63,973 nt of DNA, filler included, from Octopus bimaculoides (GCF_001194135.2; 4 parts of 3 records of this genome joined end to end with filler, not necessarily neighbours in it), one strand, 5' to 3'. Shown: positions 12,907 to 25,641, counted from the first letter of the whole stretch. Numbers and translations are program-made. Notes: a model not told the origin generated them from the letters alone.

Positions 12907-14185
12907 AAAGTGGGGAAGAAAAGTATAGGAAGCGTATAAAAATGGAAATGTGCTCGAGAAGGGTAGAAGAAAAATAAAAATAAAGAGGAAAGAATTTTAA
13001 AATATATATATATGTATTAAATAGAATCAAAAGAAAGGAATTATGTTCTATGACTAATGGCTTCCTTTAGATGCGGAATCATCAGGCAGCGGGATTCCCA
13101 GTTCTCTATAAAAAAATCTTAGCCCTTATGAAGCCTTGAACCATGAAATGCCCACAATGAAGGCCATTTTAAAATTACAGTAAGTTTTCTTTTAGACATA
13201 GTTGTACATTTTGCGTTCAATCAACTACTACTGTTTCTCTCACACTCAGACAGGGACGCGCGCGCGTACACACACACACACACACAAGCATACACGGAAT
13301 GATACTGCTCAAAATAAATTATGTTTATCTTAACGATTCCAGAGGCGAGGAAGATAGTGTTGAAGGTGACAGAAAATCTTAAAATAGTGTGAACGAGGGA
13401 TGGGTGCTTCAGATTCGGAGTTAATGAAAAATTCCGAAGAAAATTTCTCTTTCGTTTGATCTTTAATGAAGCAATTCAGTTATTTATTTACAATGAGGTT
13501 TTATATTCTACAAATGAGGACGTGTCTGTATATGAATGCGTGTGTGCGTGCACGCTTGTGTGTAGGTTTGTCTCCTTTCATTATCCCTCCATCCGATACT
13601 TTTCCAAAACTCTAAGAATCTCCAAAAATACAACATTCACAAATAAGATTTCTGTAAAATAGACAGAAATCACACACACACACACACACACACACACTCT
13701 CTCTCTTTCTCACACACACACATACACGCACAATAATGTATTCGACTCCAATCTTCGGAGTATCCTAAGATGATGATGATGGTGATAGTAGTGGCTTGAG
13801 TGGTGTTGGTGGTAATGAAAGAGTAAACATAAATAAGTGCAAAGACGGTTGTGATGGTGGAATTCACCAAATATGGAGGTAATGTCGGTGGGACAGAAGA
13901 TGACACACTGGTAATGATTCCAGAAGTAAGCGTGTATGTCAGTGTGTCTACATGTGTGTGTGTGTGTGTGTGTGTAAGTGTATGTGTGTGTATGGGTGCG
14001 AGGGTGTAAGACATGTCACTTCTACATTTCGCTGAGATCGGCGTCATCAAATTGTCGAAAGTTCGAAGTCACTGTCAACATTTCTTTAGCAAAAATAAAT
14101 TTGATACTAAATTTGACTATATCGAATGATACTTCAGTTAAAATTTCGTTGTTTCTGTTCATGGCTTGTACACAAAAATCATGCG

Positions 14186-14227
<42 letters not shown>

Positions 14228-14298
14228 CATGCACGTATATACGTGAGCGTGTATGTGTGTGTACAAAGCATGAAGATAAAAAGCAATAGACTCCACAC

Positions 14299-15875
14299 AA
14301 TGCTACCGTAACATTCTCCAACTTCATATATAAAATGAAGGAAAAGCGACACAATACCCAACAGTAATAGTAGTAGCATCATGAATGGATGGATGTAGAC
14401 GAATTACACTTCAGACAGTTTTTGTTATTACAGGTTTTTATAGGAATGTCTGTTAAGAAGTCGAAGACAAAATGAACACCTAAAAGTATTATTAATCCCT
14501 CGGTACATCTATGCTATTGTTTGGTAGTTGATCACAGAACACGATGGAAAACGAAACAAAGTCGTTTTTGACGGAATATTAACTTCTAACAATAGGCGCA
14601 GAACCAGAAATTCGGGTAAGAAACCAGTAAAATACATTATCACACCTCTACCCCATTACTTAACTAGTATTTTAATCGACCACAAAAAAATGAAAGTTAT
14701 CATTAATTGCAACAGGATTTGAACTCCATTAGCGCAAAACATTTTTGGGGCGTTATAATTGTTGCACCAATGCATCAATAATAATATCAATAATTGGTTC
14801 GAATTTTGATACAAGACGATCAATTTCAGAGCGCAAGGTATAGTCGATACTACCGACCTAGTAGTGGAGTAGTATATAAAAGATAAAAGGCAAAGTTGAA
14901 TTCGGCGACATATGAATTCAGAATGTGGGGAGGAGTCGGAAGGAAACTTACAGATCATTCCTACCGGTGCTCTAACGACTCTACCAATCCACTTATAACA
15001 CTAATGCTAATGATTTAAAAAAAAAATTAGGCATATGTCAGCAATTTGAGGGGAGGACAAGTCAATCTCATCGACCTAAGTGTTTGACTCCGAAAGGTTG
15101 AAAGATAAAGTTGATCTCGACCGGATTATAACTTAAAACGAAAAAAGCCGGAATATGTGACGGTAAGCATTTTGTTCGACGCGCTTACGATTTTTGTAAG
15201 TTCGCCGCTTTGACGATGACAGACACAAAACGCAGCAATTTTGGTGGGAGGGGATACGCCAAAGCTATTCACACTAGTACTTCACTGGTATTTTATTTTA
15301 TCAACTACAAAACGATAATATTTCTTCAATTTTTTTGAAATCACTGGTCATTTTCATTAAAAAGGAATATGAAATCAATGGGGTACCATTAATGGCTACC
15401 ATGCAAATATTCTCGACTTCAGGACTGTTTTGTCTTTGTTATTTCTTCGAAAATTGCCACATTTAATAACAGTCCAGTCATTAATTATATCTTTCTATCT
15501 CTACAATTTTCTCCTAGTTCGTCCGTAGATCGGAAAGAGCAGGACAGATTTAGCAAGATCTTGAGGCAATGATATTTGGTTGAAACATCTTAGTTACTGT
15601 CATTTCATGTAACTAAAATGATCTTGGGAAAGCCCATTGGATGATGCATAGTGGGCTTTGTGGAAGTGGTTAACGAAAGTACCTCAATAAAAGATGCTGT
15701 AGAAAATTGAAATGCTACCATAACATTCTCCAACTTCATATATAAAGAAAAGGAAAAGCCACACAATACCCAACAGTATTAGTAGTAGCATCATGAATGG
15801 ATGGATGTAGACGAATTACATTTCAGACAGATTTTGTTATTACAGGTTTTTATAGGAATGTCTGATAAGAAATCG
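14299..15875 (+). repeat. 165-bp direct repeat pair (14299-14463 and 15711-15875)
   Basis: AATGCTACC.TAACATTCTCCAACTTCATATATAAA..GTAGTAGCATCATGAATGGATGGATGTAGACGAATTAC..TTACAGGTTTTTATAGGAATGTCTG.TAAGAA.TCG, roughly 92% identity. Confidence 0.95.
14794..15320 (-). mobile_element. Three head-to-tail SINE family B copies (14794-14993, 15020-15210, partial 15222-15320)
   Basis: Each carries remnants of AAAGGCAAAGTTGA..CGGC..GAACTCAG..CTAACGA..CTGCCA as seen in better copies at 16925 and 28006. Confidence 0.65.
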
Positions 15876-16497
15876 TGACGTTAAATTAGAGACGTATGTG
15901 AAGCAATTCCAAATGGGAATCCTAAATTTGTGTCGCGGACTCGGTTCACCGAAAACATACAGTCGTAATAATCTCAAGTGTACATATGTTTTTCTTTCTT
16001 TTCTTTTTGTCGTTCTTCCTCGCTGTCTACTATAAATCTGGTTCTTTGTGCAGTAAATGTAACCGATACAGTAAAAGAAAAAAAATCTATAAAAAATAAA
16101 TAAGATAAACAACAATAAGAACAACATTAATCATAAACAAACGGGTCAAATAAATGCAAACTTGTAAAACTGAGAAAATATACAAGATTACAGACGCTAC
16201 ATTTGAAAAAAAAATGGTGAAGTGATAAGAGAAAAAGAAGCAGAGAAAAGCATGTCGTCTCCAGTGGAGCTGGCATTAAATTAGTTGCTCATTCAATCAA
16301 ACGATTGCACGAACTTGGAGAAGATTTCTTAGCAGCCGTGACAGAACATATGTTATGTAGTAAAGCATGAACTAGATCATGTAATTACAGAGAATTCGTT
16401 CTTATTCTTAATGAATATGCAAATCGACTTCTCTAAGAACAAGACAGCGATTTGTATTTCTGCAAAAACATTCTTTCATTCATTTCTTACATCACAT

Positions 16498-16528
<31 letters not shown>

Positions 16529-16924
16529 GAGCGCGCTGCAATGGATATTATTCTGTTCAATGAACATGACACAAACGCACACACACACACACACACACTC
16601 TCTCTCTCCGAGTCAATTTTTCTTAAATATCAACCATGTTTATGGCTACGTATTATAAGGCATTTTTCCCGTTTCATATATCAATTACTATCAAATCTCA
16701 GTAATCCAAACATGAATTATGTGGAGAGAGGATTATCTAGACAAAATAAATAGGCCCCATAATTTTATTCAGTATGATTTCCTTTGCTTACACTCAGAGC
16801 AGTTATCCGATTAAAATGCCATCCACACATCTCATTCGGATAATCAGGTTCCATTAATGAATATTGCAAAGTATTTAGCCTCTGAACTACAGACAACTTT
16901 TAAGTCACAGTTAATAATTATAAT

Positions 16925-17510
16925 AATTCTTTATAATTTAAGCACAAGGCCATCAGTTTGGAGGGGAGGGAGTAAGTTGATTACATCGACTCCAGTACTC
17001 AACTGGTACTTATATTATAGATTCCGAAAAGATAGAAAGCAAAGTTGACCTCGACAGAATTCAAACTCAGAAATTAAAGAGCCGGAGAAAATACCGCTAG
17101 GTATTTTGTCCGACGCGCTAACGATTCTGCCAGCACGTTGCCATAAATTGTCTCAAATTTTAGCAAAAGGCCAACAGGCTTGAAGGGAAAAGTTAGTTGA
17201 AACCATGGACCCATGTGCTAGACTGGCACTCAGTTTAATAGATCCCGGGGAGGAGAAAGATAAATTGATTTCGGCGGAATTTGAACTCGGAAGGGAAATC
17301 CTGAAACAAATATGGCGGGGTTTTTTTCAACGCTCTAACGATTCTCGCAGTTTACTGATTAGGCACAAACCATCATTTTCAAGGTGTACAGTCGATCATA
17401 TCGACTCGCTCCTGAAGAAGTACTTTATTTTCTCAATTAAAGAGGATGAAAAGCAAAGTTAATCTCTTCCGATTTGAACTCAAGATGTAAATCAGTAAAA
17501 CTAAATACAC
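16925..17510 (-). mobile_element. Three head-to-tail SINE family B copies (16925-17142, 17150-17358, 17360-17510)
   Basis: Repeated GCACAAGGCC..TCGAC..AAAGTTGA..GAACTC..CTAACGATTCT blocks. Confidence 0.75.
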
Positions 17511-19548
17511 ACACCTTTTCCTTTCTTTCTCTCACGTACACATACGTATGTGTGTTAAACATTGTGTATATTGGGAGTGTTCACTATGTACAAAATGTAT
17601 GTACCCAATAGGGTATTATAAGGTTAATTCATATCTTAAACCTAAATAAGTTTTTAACTTCAAATACACGCGTTTTCTGTGTATATGTCTGTTGTGCGCG
17701 CGTGCGCGCGCGGGTGTGTTCACGTGGCCATATGTACATATATGTATATAGATACACATATTGTATATATGTAAGTGTGCCATTGTGTATATGTTGTACA
17801 TACTCATGTGCATATATTGACAGATTTAAATACATGCGTATATGTGAGGGGTCAAAGAGCTAAGAGGTGATGACGGTGGAAGAGAGATAGCTTCCGCAAC
17901 GCAGCATTCCCAATACTCTAAACAAAATTTATTCCCGAACTACTTTTGTTTATAGTAATTGTAAATCCCATCTAGATTAAACTTCTGGCAGGCAATCTTT
18001 GTCGGATACTGCCATAAGACCAACATATGTATAAATGTTTACACCTTTGTAGAGATATACGAGTGTACATTTTAGAAAATGAGAAGGAAAACGTTCAAAC
18101 ATTCTGAAAAAATTGCTGTGATTATATTTACCAAAGTAATTTGTATATTTTAAGCATCGATTTTTAGTTCAAACAAAATAATAGAAGCTATATATTTTCA
18201 TATGCTGTACATTTAAATACAGGATTATGCATAATACGCCATTTTATTTATCGTGCACATATCGTCACGACACGTGATCATGTGTTACGCTTTTAACAGT
18301 CTTTAACTACGGACTGAAATCAAAGTCTAAAACATAATCGTCAACATAATGAGTGCTACACTTTATATATCACTAACTATGGAACAAAATCAAATTCATA
18401 ATCGAAAGCTATGATTAAATGAAGTAATATTACATAACTGTATATAAATTAATGCATCAAAATAGAAGTATGAATATTTTCACCTGGTATTTCAACGGGA
18501 TAAACTAGCAGCATCGTGTAACGAAATTTGTCTTTTTTTTCTTTTTCTTTTTAGTCAGTAAGTGTTTTCTTCTGCCTAGAAATCAAAGGAAATGGCTACT
18601 ATTCCCTTTAACCTTTGCTTTTGTGAGCTGGACATCAATGTCTTGAAACTGGCCTAATTTCCATTACATTTCAGACATACTCAGCGATGAAGTGCTGAAG
18701 GAGAAATATCGTTATAGCAAATATTCTGCTCAATACCACATATTTGCTTGTCAGTTACTTGACCGTAAGCACTTGAGCATGTCACTTAGTGGCTGATAAT
18801 ATGTGCATCTCTGATCATGAGCAGTAAAAGAGGGGGAGAATCATAGACATGTGTTGAGATGGATTCTTTGGAGTTTGAATAAATGCAACAAAAGCAGAAT
18901 CTGAAGTCAATATTAACAACTTTTCATACTTTCTAGGGGTAGCAAATAGGAAATAACAGTTGCTACCTAAGGACAAAAATCGCATTACACAGTATAATCT
19001 ATGATTCCTTTCATCTCATAATCGTATGTACAGTAGTGCACTGAACACCCTGTCTACATTCTGGTATTTGTTATTCTTTCTGTCAAAATCTTTAACTGAT
19101 CAAGGAACCTATGTTCATGAGGTCTAACAGTTTGCAAACATTGGTTAAATTTCAATTAACTTTAAAAGACTAAATCATAATTTCTATAAAATTATCTTCC
19201 CTTCCCTTCAGGAGACTTGATGTTTTCTTTCTCTAACTAATAATTAAAATAAAGACAAATTCTGACATTTAATTTCGAAATATATTTTTTCATAGACAAA
19301 GAGAAATGAAGTATCTTCTAGTTATATCATGTGGTTTTTAAAAAATTTATTTTAAATTACATTTTTATCAGTGTACGAAAACGGAATGGGAGCTAAATCT
19401 GAACCCATCAGAAATTCATCATGGGGTTATGTTTAACCAACCTGAATGCCATGAAGCGTTTTCATTGCTTCTTTACACTTAGCACCATATATATATTACT
19501 TACACAGGCACACAAATAAATATGCATTTTCTTTATATAATAATGTTT

Positions 19549-19598
<50 letters not shown>

Positions 19599-19918
19599 CA
19601 TGAGAAGTGAATTTTCGCTACTCATTTAAAATAAATATTTTTTGCTGATATTTCACTTATATATCTTTCCGCCTATCCTCTCCGCATCCTGTAGGCATCC
19701 AATTCCATTCTGCCAACCTAAAGAATTTATCTTAAAGCAAAGCAGTGTAGCATTAGTTTCCGTTATAAACTTTTATCTTGGTTCGATGTAATGTACCGGA
19801 AACAATGCGAGCACCATCAACTCTGAGTAATGTGTACAGATTCACTAGGCTGAAGTTCAGTGCAATGGATTACCATGGATATCAAAATCCTTGACGTAAG
19901 ACACAGCACGCATACATC

Positions 19919-19958
<40 letters not shown>

Positions 19959-20662
19959 TCTCGCATGCATGAATGTATTTGTTTATGCTAGACACAAAAA
20001 GTTTTTCTTTTGCCCTGAAAAAGAAAAGTAGGTATCACTGGTTGCCTCGTTGCTGCTTATTACAATGGTAAATGACAGAATCATTAGAGAATCGAACGAA
20101 CTATATGTTGTCGCTTAGTTGTTTCGTGTACGCTCTGAGTTCAAATCCCATCGAATATAACTTTACCACTTTTCTCTTCTGGTTAAGTGCACAAAGTACC
20201 GTTAAATCATGTGGTGATATAACTGAGAAAAAAATCTTTCCTCCAACGTGCTATCATAACAATATAAGTTATTGTCAATGTTTCAAGTTTTCGTTCAAAT
20301 CCTCACAAAGTCGGCACGACATATATTTCCTATATCGATTAAAACAAATCCAAGTAATATACTCGGTCTCTATTTATCCACCATCATATTCCTCTTGTTG
20401 TCTTAAGGTATTGTAATAGATATCAAATGTGTTGTCGCGAGGTATTGTAATAGATATCATCATTATAATCTACTGTATTAATCTTCAGCAATGCGGTGAA
20501 CCGCTTCACTGATTAAGAACTAAGAGCCGAAAGAAATCCGCTGGAACGAATCATTCTAGTTACATTACACAGCATCAAGGTATTTAAGAATTTCAAGTAC
20601 GACCGGAATATGATTTATAAACCAAACGTTACAAGAAACATGAATACTGATATTTGGAAATA

Positions 20663-20848
20663 AGGCGGCGGCGAGCTGGCAGAATCGTTAGAATGCCGGG
20701 CGAAATGAGCTCAAATTTCGCTGAGGTCGACTTTGGCTTTCAACCTTTCGGGGTTGATAAATTATGTATCAGTTGAGTACTAGTGTCAATGAAATCAACT
20801 ATCCCTTGCTCCCAAATTTCAGGCCTTGTACATATAGTAGAAAGGATA
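20663..20848 (+). mobile_element. SINE family B (Meta-domain-like) with internal deletion
   Basis: GGCGGCGAGCTGGCAGAATCGTTAG head, ..CTCAAATTTCGCTGAGGTCGACTTTGGCTTTCAACCTTTCGGGGTTGATAAATT. The CCTTTC..CCTTTCGGGGTCGATAAA segment resembles the MetaSINE central domain as I recall it. Confidence 0.8.
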
Positions 20849-21544
20849 TATAGAAATAAGCAAATATGAAAGAATTATTAATTCATTGGTTCCCAAATAT
20901 TGAGTTTGGGTATCGATAATGCAACTAATGTCTTTGTTTGCTTGATTACATAAACGAAACACTAGAAAAGAAAAAAAAAGAATATCAATAACAAATGTAA
21001 ATGGTTCTATTCACTCCTTACTGAAAATGTGTTATCACAATTTGCAATAAGAACGTAACACTAAGTCTACAGATACAAACGATATTAATATCATGTTGAT
21101 ATCAAAATTCGTAATTTTATTTTCAAGAAGCAATGCTTTCAAACACACTGCTAATGAGCTTATACATTAGTTAATTTAAATATAAATATGTCTTTTAGCG
21201 AAGGAGTCATTAATTACATATCGCCATCGGGTCTGAATCTCGTTTTAAGCACTCAACATGTTATTGGCTACATCTAAAGTCTAACAGTGTAACTTTTTTG
21301 TAATATCTGCTATCTTAACAATCATCTTTTCTCTGAGTGAAATACGTGACTATGTCAGGATAAAATACAACCCATCCAAAGTAATTCCCTCATCTGATCA
21401 GCAAATAAACACGCTTAATTCACTCGTTTCACTTTAAATATAACCTTAAATTTGATTGTAAGATCATAAGGCCAATGAATTAGCGTATCCTTTCTACTGA
21501 ATAACATACATCTCAAACTTTCATACGCAAGTTTTACTCTTCAA

Positions 21545-21553
21545 ATAATAATG

Positions 21554-21599
<46 letters not shown>

Positions 21600-21620
21600 G
21601 AAGAAGAAGAAGAAGAAGAA
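21545..21620. repeat. (TAA)n-(GAA)n compound microsatellite
   Basis: Direct reading; the 5' flank of the R4/Dong fragment. Confidence 0.97.
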
Positions 21621-22501
21621 GCACTATACAAGCACTCTAGAATGAATGAAACTGAAAATAGGTGGATAAATAAAAGAATGCCTGGACAATTTCATAAGGA
21701 TGTTAAATATAAGACAGACAGAGAAAAAAAATGGCTATGGATGACTAAAAGTGATTTAAAACGGGAAATGGAGGCTCAAATCTGGGCTGCCCCAAAACAA
21801 GCATTAAAAACCAATTACATAAAATACAAAACAGACAGCACATCAGAAAATAATAAGTGCAGAATTTGTGGACAAAATGGTGAAACCTTATAGTATATTA
21901 CCAGTCAACGTACGACAGTAACCGAGAAAAAATCCAAGGAACGTTATGACAACATAGCAAGGACTGCCCGTTGGACACATTGCAACGAGTATGGACTTGA
22001 CAGAGCAAAAAAGTGGTACGAATATAAACTCGAAGGCATCATTGAAAATGATAATGCAAAGATCCTATGGAATTTTAAGATTCAGTGCGACCATGAAGTA
22101 GAAAATAGGAAACCAGACATAGTGTTAATCGAGAAACAAATCAAACGATGCTGGATCATAGATATAGCATGCCCAGCTGACAAGGTATGCGTTAAGGAAG
22201 AAAGAAAAGTCGATAGATAGGACTGGTTAGTTTGGGAGGTTAAGCAGTTGTGGTCGTTGAAAGAGATGGTAGTAGTACCGATAATTGTCGGTGCCCTGGG
22301 AACAGTGGGTAAAAATCTTGAGAAGTACATGGAACAAATAGGGGCTGCAATAAGAGTAGAGCACTTGCAGAAAACAGCACTGCTTGGAACCGCTCGAATA
22401 CTCCGGATGGTGCTCGAAGAATAAGAGGTGTTACCTTAGTTCACTGGTAGTGAACAGATGATACCGTAGTACATCTCCAGCGTTAAAAGCTGTGCAAAGA
22501 C
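21621..22501 (+). mobile_element. 5'-truncated R4/Dong-clade non-LTR retrotransposon (CCHC zinc knuckle + RLE endonuclease + 3' UTR)
   Basis: One frame from 21642 to the stop at 22424, with two premature stops: ..MPGQF..KWLWMTKSDLKREMEAQIWAAPKQALKT..KCRICGQNGETL*YI..KILWNFKIQCDHEVENRKPDIVLIEK..WIIDIACPAD..KEERKV..VVVPIIVGALG..LQKTALLGTARILRMVLEE*. These are typical R4-clade motifs. Flanked by (TAA)n/(GAA)n and (TAA)n. Confidence 0.9.
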
Positions 22502-22563
22502 AATAAAGTAATGATAATAAAAATAATAATAATACCAATAATAATAATAATAATAATAATAAT

Positions 22564-22879
22564 AGCTACAACATCCTTAACTGGACACTAAACGAACTAT
22601 GTAAAATAGACAGGAAAACAAGAAAAATAATGACAGGATATAGGATGCACCACCCAAAATCTGACATAGAAAGGCTATATATACAACGCACAGAAGGTGG
22701 CAGGGGTCTTATACAGCTAGAAAACTATTATAAAATAACCACCATAGGACTGCAAAAATACCTACTCCAGAAGCAAGGGAAGCTAATACAAATAGCCACA
22801 AAACACGAGCAAAACAAAAAACTGTTTTCAGTATTTAAGGAAGCTGACAAATACAAACAAGAAATCAATCTACCTAACA
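22564..22879 (+). mobile_element. Second R4/Dong-clade fragment (post-RT region), open frame running into the scaffold gap
   Basis: SYNILNWTLNELCKIDRKTRKIMTGYRMHHPKSDIERLYIQRTEGGRGLIQLE matches the W..EL..DRKTRK..HHPK..ERLY..GGRGL motif. It starts directly after (TAA)n. Confidence 0.85.
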
Positions 22880-22979
22880 NNNNNNNNNNNNNNNNNNNNN
22901 NNNNNNNNNNNNNNNNNNNNNNNTTAATTAATTAANNNNNNNNNNNNNNNNNNNNNNNNNNNNNNNNNNNNNNNNNNNN
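22880..22979. other. Artificial scaffold spacer
   Basis: 44 N + TTAATTAATTAA (22924-22935) + 44 N. Confidence 0.95.
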
Positions 22980-23099
22980 ATATATATATATATAATAGAG
23001 TCAATAAATATATATTAGTGTATATTAAAAAGTTTGAATCTGTTACTTCTAGAACAGAATATCGAAAGAAACGTATCATCGTCTCTTTAGCTTAGATCT

Positions 23100-24285
23100 A
23101 CTGGACATTTATAGGGCTGAACAAAATAGATACTCATATCTTACTCAAAGAGTGTTGTTATCCACTCCAAATATTCGCGATTTCTACACAGTTCTGTGAA
23201 TGATATTTTGAGTTTAGAAACTTGGCTCCAAACGAACAAATTAAGTGTAACAGCAATCGAATTCACTGAGTCTCTTCTTACTGACAACATTAAATACAAG
23301 CAGCAGTTACAATCAAGAGAAATCGAATGGCAAATTGGTTTGGATGGTATGAATAGTATTGATCGTGTTGTTATTTCACATAATTACAATGATGTTGATA
23401 ATGATAATCATAATGACGACAACGTCGTTGTTTCTTATGTTATTATCGCTGGTAATCATTCATAGTATCTCTCACGGAGTCAAGATTACTACGTCAACAG
23501 AATAAAATATACTCAGATTTATATAGAATGCGTCTGTAATTTTGATAGCATATATAGAATAAGACATATTAGAGAAATAAATGTTATCCAATACTATATT
23601 GTGAGTTTTTACAAGCATCACATTTTCTCAGCACGAAAAAGTAGCTTTAGCGGTTCACAAATATTATGATAATTCTATGATGGAAATAGATTAAAATATA
23701 AAATAAAAGAGCCAAATATTTGGCATCACTCGAAAAAACAAAACAAACATAATTTTGGTAGAGAATATAAGCCTACAAAGTATTTTAGTTGTTTCTAGAA
23801 TAACCAAGAGTAGAAGAGTGGAAGACGTCGGTGAGATGTAAAAATAAAAAAAGATATGCCAAATCTAGAATATTAGTGTAGTCCAATTTGTCATAATTTG
23901 AGGATTGACCTGAGTAAAATAGGTATGTATTACGCGGTTCCATGTTCAAATAAATAAGTAATAGGTTTGTTCTGTTATCAATTTCAAATGAGAATGTTCG
24001 ATGATAATCCATGGCAAGAAATAGATTGTTATAGATTATGAGGGATTATGACATATTATGTCACCAATATTTCCACAGAGAATCAGATCAAACCATTATT
24101 GGAAGAAAACAGCACTTATCACATCTTACGTAGTTTACTGACAAAGCGATTTCATTCAAACACTCTCTTCTACTACAATTGTAAAACTTTCAAATATTTT
24201 AGGTCTTTGTTACATCCCCATTCGAAGAACTCTATGACTCCTTCTCAGTTCAAACAAATGATAAATAATAAATAAATCATGAGAA
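23100..24285 (+). mobile_element. Highly degraded CR1/L2(Crack)-like LINE (RT to 3' end)
   Basis: Ordered remnants on one strand: STPNIRDF../VNDILSLETWLQTNKLS (RT WLQ.NKLSLN motif), PNLEY*CSPI, and STYHILRS..KNSMTPSQFK followed by an ATAAATAAAT tail. Confidence 0.45.
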
Positions 24286-25004
24286 TAGTCAGAGATTTCC
24301 TTCCCGTAAAATATGATATAAATTAAAGTCTATACTGAGATAGAAACCACTCAAATTCTGCTTGAGTAATGAACTGAATTCACCATTCCTAGTCGTGCAT
24401 ACCCAGTCTTGACATTCAGCAAAATTTTGCATCTGCAGAATTATTCGGAACATGTGGTTGTTGCTGTTGTTGCCGCTTTTGTACTGCCTGCAGGTCATTG
24501 TTGTTTATGATGATGAAAATGATGATGGTAGCGAAAGCGATGCTGAGGATTGGGGGGTAGAGCTGGTGTCGGTGGTGGGAATGTCATCCATTACTCACAG
24601 ATGTATGCTCAAATGCATAACAACCATAGCCATACATTTATACAAAGTCATAATCTATCGAGTACTACTCTGCGGAATGCATAATTGTTTTTAATGTTGT
24701 AGAAAACGTTTTAAAACAAACATGGTTACAGTTTCTAACAGTATCAACAATAACTAGGATACTTCTGAGTTTGAACGTCTCACTCCACGTCATATTAACG
24801 GATTATCATTCAGTCTATACCAGGAAAATGAATACATCGATAAAAAAACTGCCTGTAGTGTCTGAGAATGTAGAAACTAGCACTCTCCGAACCAACACAA
24901 CAAAATTAGAAGACAGGAACAAACATATCTCCACCACATTCTTTCTTTCAGATATTTTGAAGGAAATCACCTTCATCGTTTCTTCTTTTCCATCGTCATA
25001 ATCA

Positions 25005-25075
25005 TGTATTCTTCTTCTTCTTCTTCTTCTTCTTCTTCTTCTTCTTCTTCTTCTTCTTCTTCTTCTTCTTCTTCG
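25005..25075. repeat. (CTT)n microsatellite
   Basis: Direct reading. Confidence 0.97.
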
Positions 25076-25164
25076 TTGTTATTATTAATGCCATCCTGCG
25101 CAGAATGAAATAAGTTGAAACAAAATTAAATAAGACTAATGCATTCAGAACCAAGATTCGTGGG

Positions 25165-25273
25165 TAGTACATAGACCTGGCTAGTGCATAGACCTGGCTA
25201 GTACATAGACCTGGCTAGTACATAGATCTGGTGAGTACTTAGACCTGGCTAGTACATAGACATGGCTAGTACA
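25165..25273 (+). repeat. 17-bp minisatellite (TAGTACATAGACCTGGC), about 6.4 copies
   Basis: Direct reading; 1-3 mismatches per unit. Confidence 0.95.
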
Positions 25274-25409
25274 TTTACTGGCATATAGCCAGATCAACAG
25301 GGAAAAGAATTTCAAAAGTGAATTTCGGTTGAATAGGAAATCGGTAGGTTGTTAAAACGACATTCGTAAATATATTTCAACATGCAGTTTTACCGCTGGA
25401 GCATTAAAA

Positions 25410-25596
25410 GGAACAACGCATCGTCATCGTCATCGTCGTCGTCATCATCATCATCATCATCATCACTGTCGCTTGTCATAGCATCAGCAGTTTCAACAAT
25501 AACTGTTCCGGCAGCGCCAACAGCAGAAACTACATCAGAAGTAGCAATAACATCAGAAGCAATTGCAGCAGCGGCAATAGTTATAGTAGCAGTCGC

Positions 25597-25631
<35 letters not shown>

Positions 25632-25641
25632 CAGCAGCAGC

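Noticed and set aside
11136-14075. Related segments at 11136-11200 (+) and 14020-14075 (-) with UUGAAUGA/UUGAUGA..GC-GAAA
   Set aside because: They share CAGTGACTTCGAA and may be fossil HHR repeats, but the cores are mutated and stems I and III do not pair.
14299-15875. Direct repeats as LTRs
   Set aside because: No TG..CA ends, PBS, PPT or gag/pol remnant.
18600-19330. Sequence resembling interspersed repeats I recall (also 8040-8230, 48440-48680 and 52985-53135)
   Set aside because: No second copy, TIR or peptide motif within the window, so I cannot classify them without a database search.
19850-19905. Minus-strand DFDIHGNPLH resembling an LRR C-terminal cap
   Set aside because: Followed immediately by stops, with no LRR repeats nearby.
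20406-20459. 20-bp direct repeat AGGTATTGTAATAGATATCA x2
   Set aside because: A small local slippage duplication with no further structure.
25165-25273. Minisatellite as a CRISPR array
   Set aside because: The units are contiguous without unique spacers, the context is eukaryotic, and there are no cas genes.
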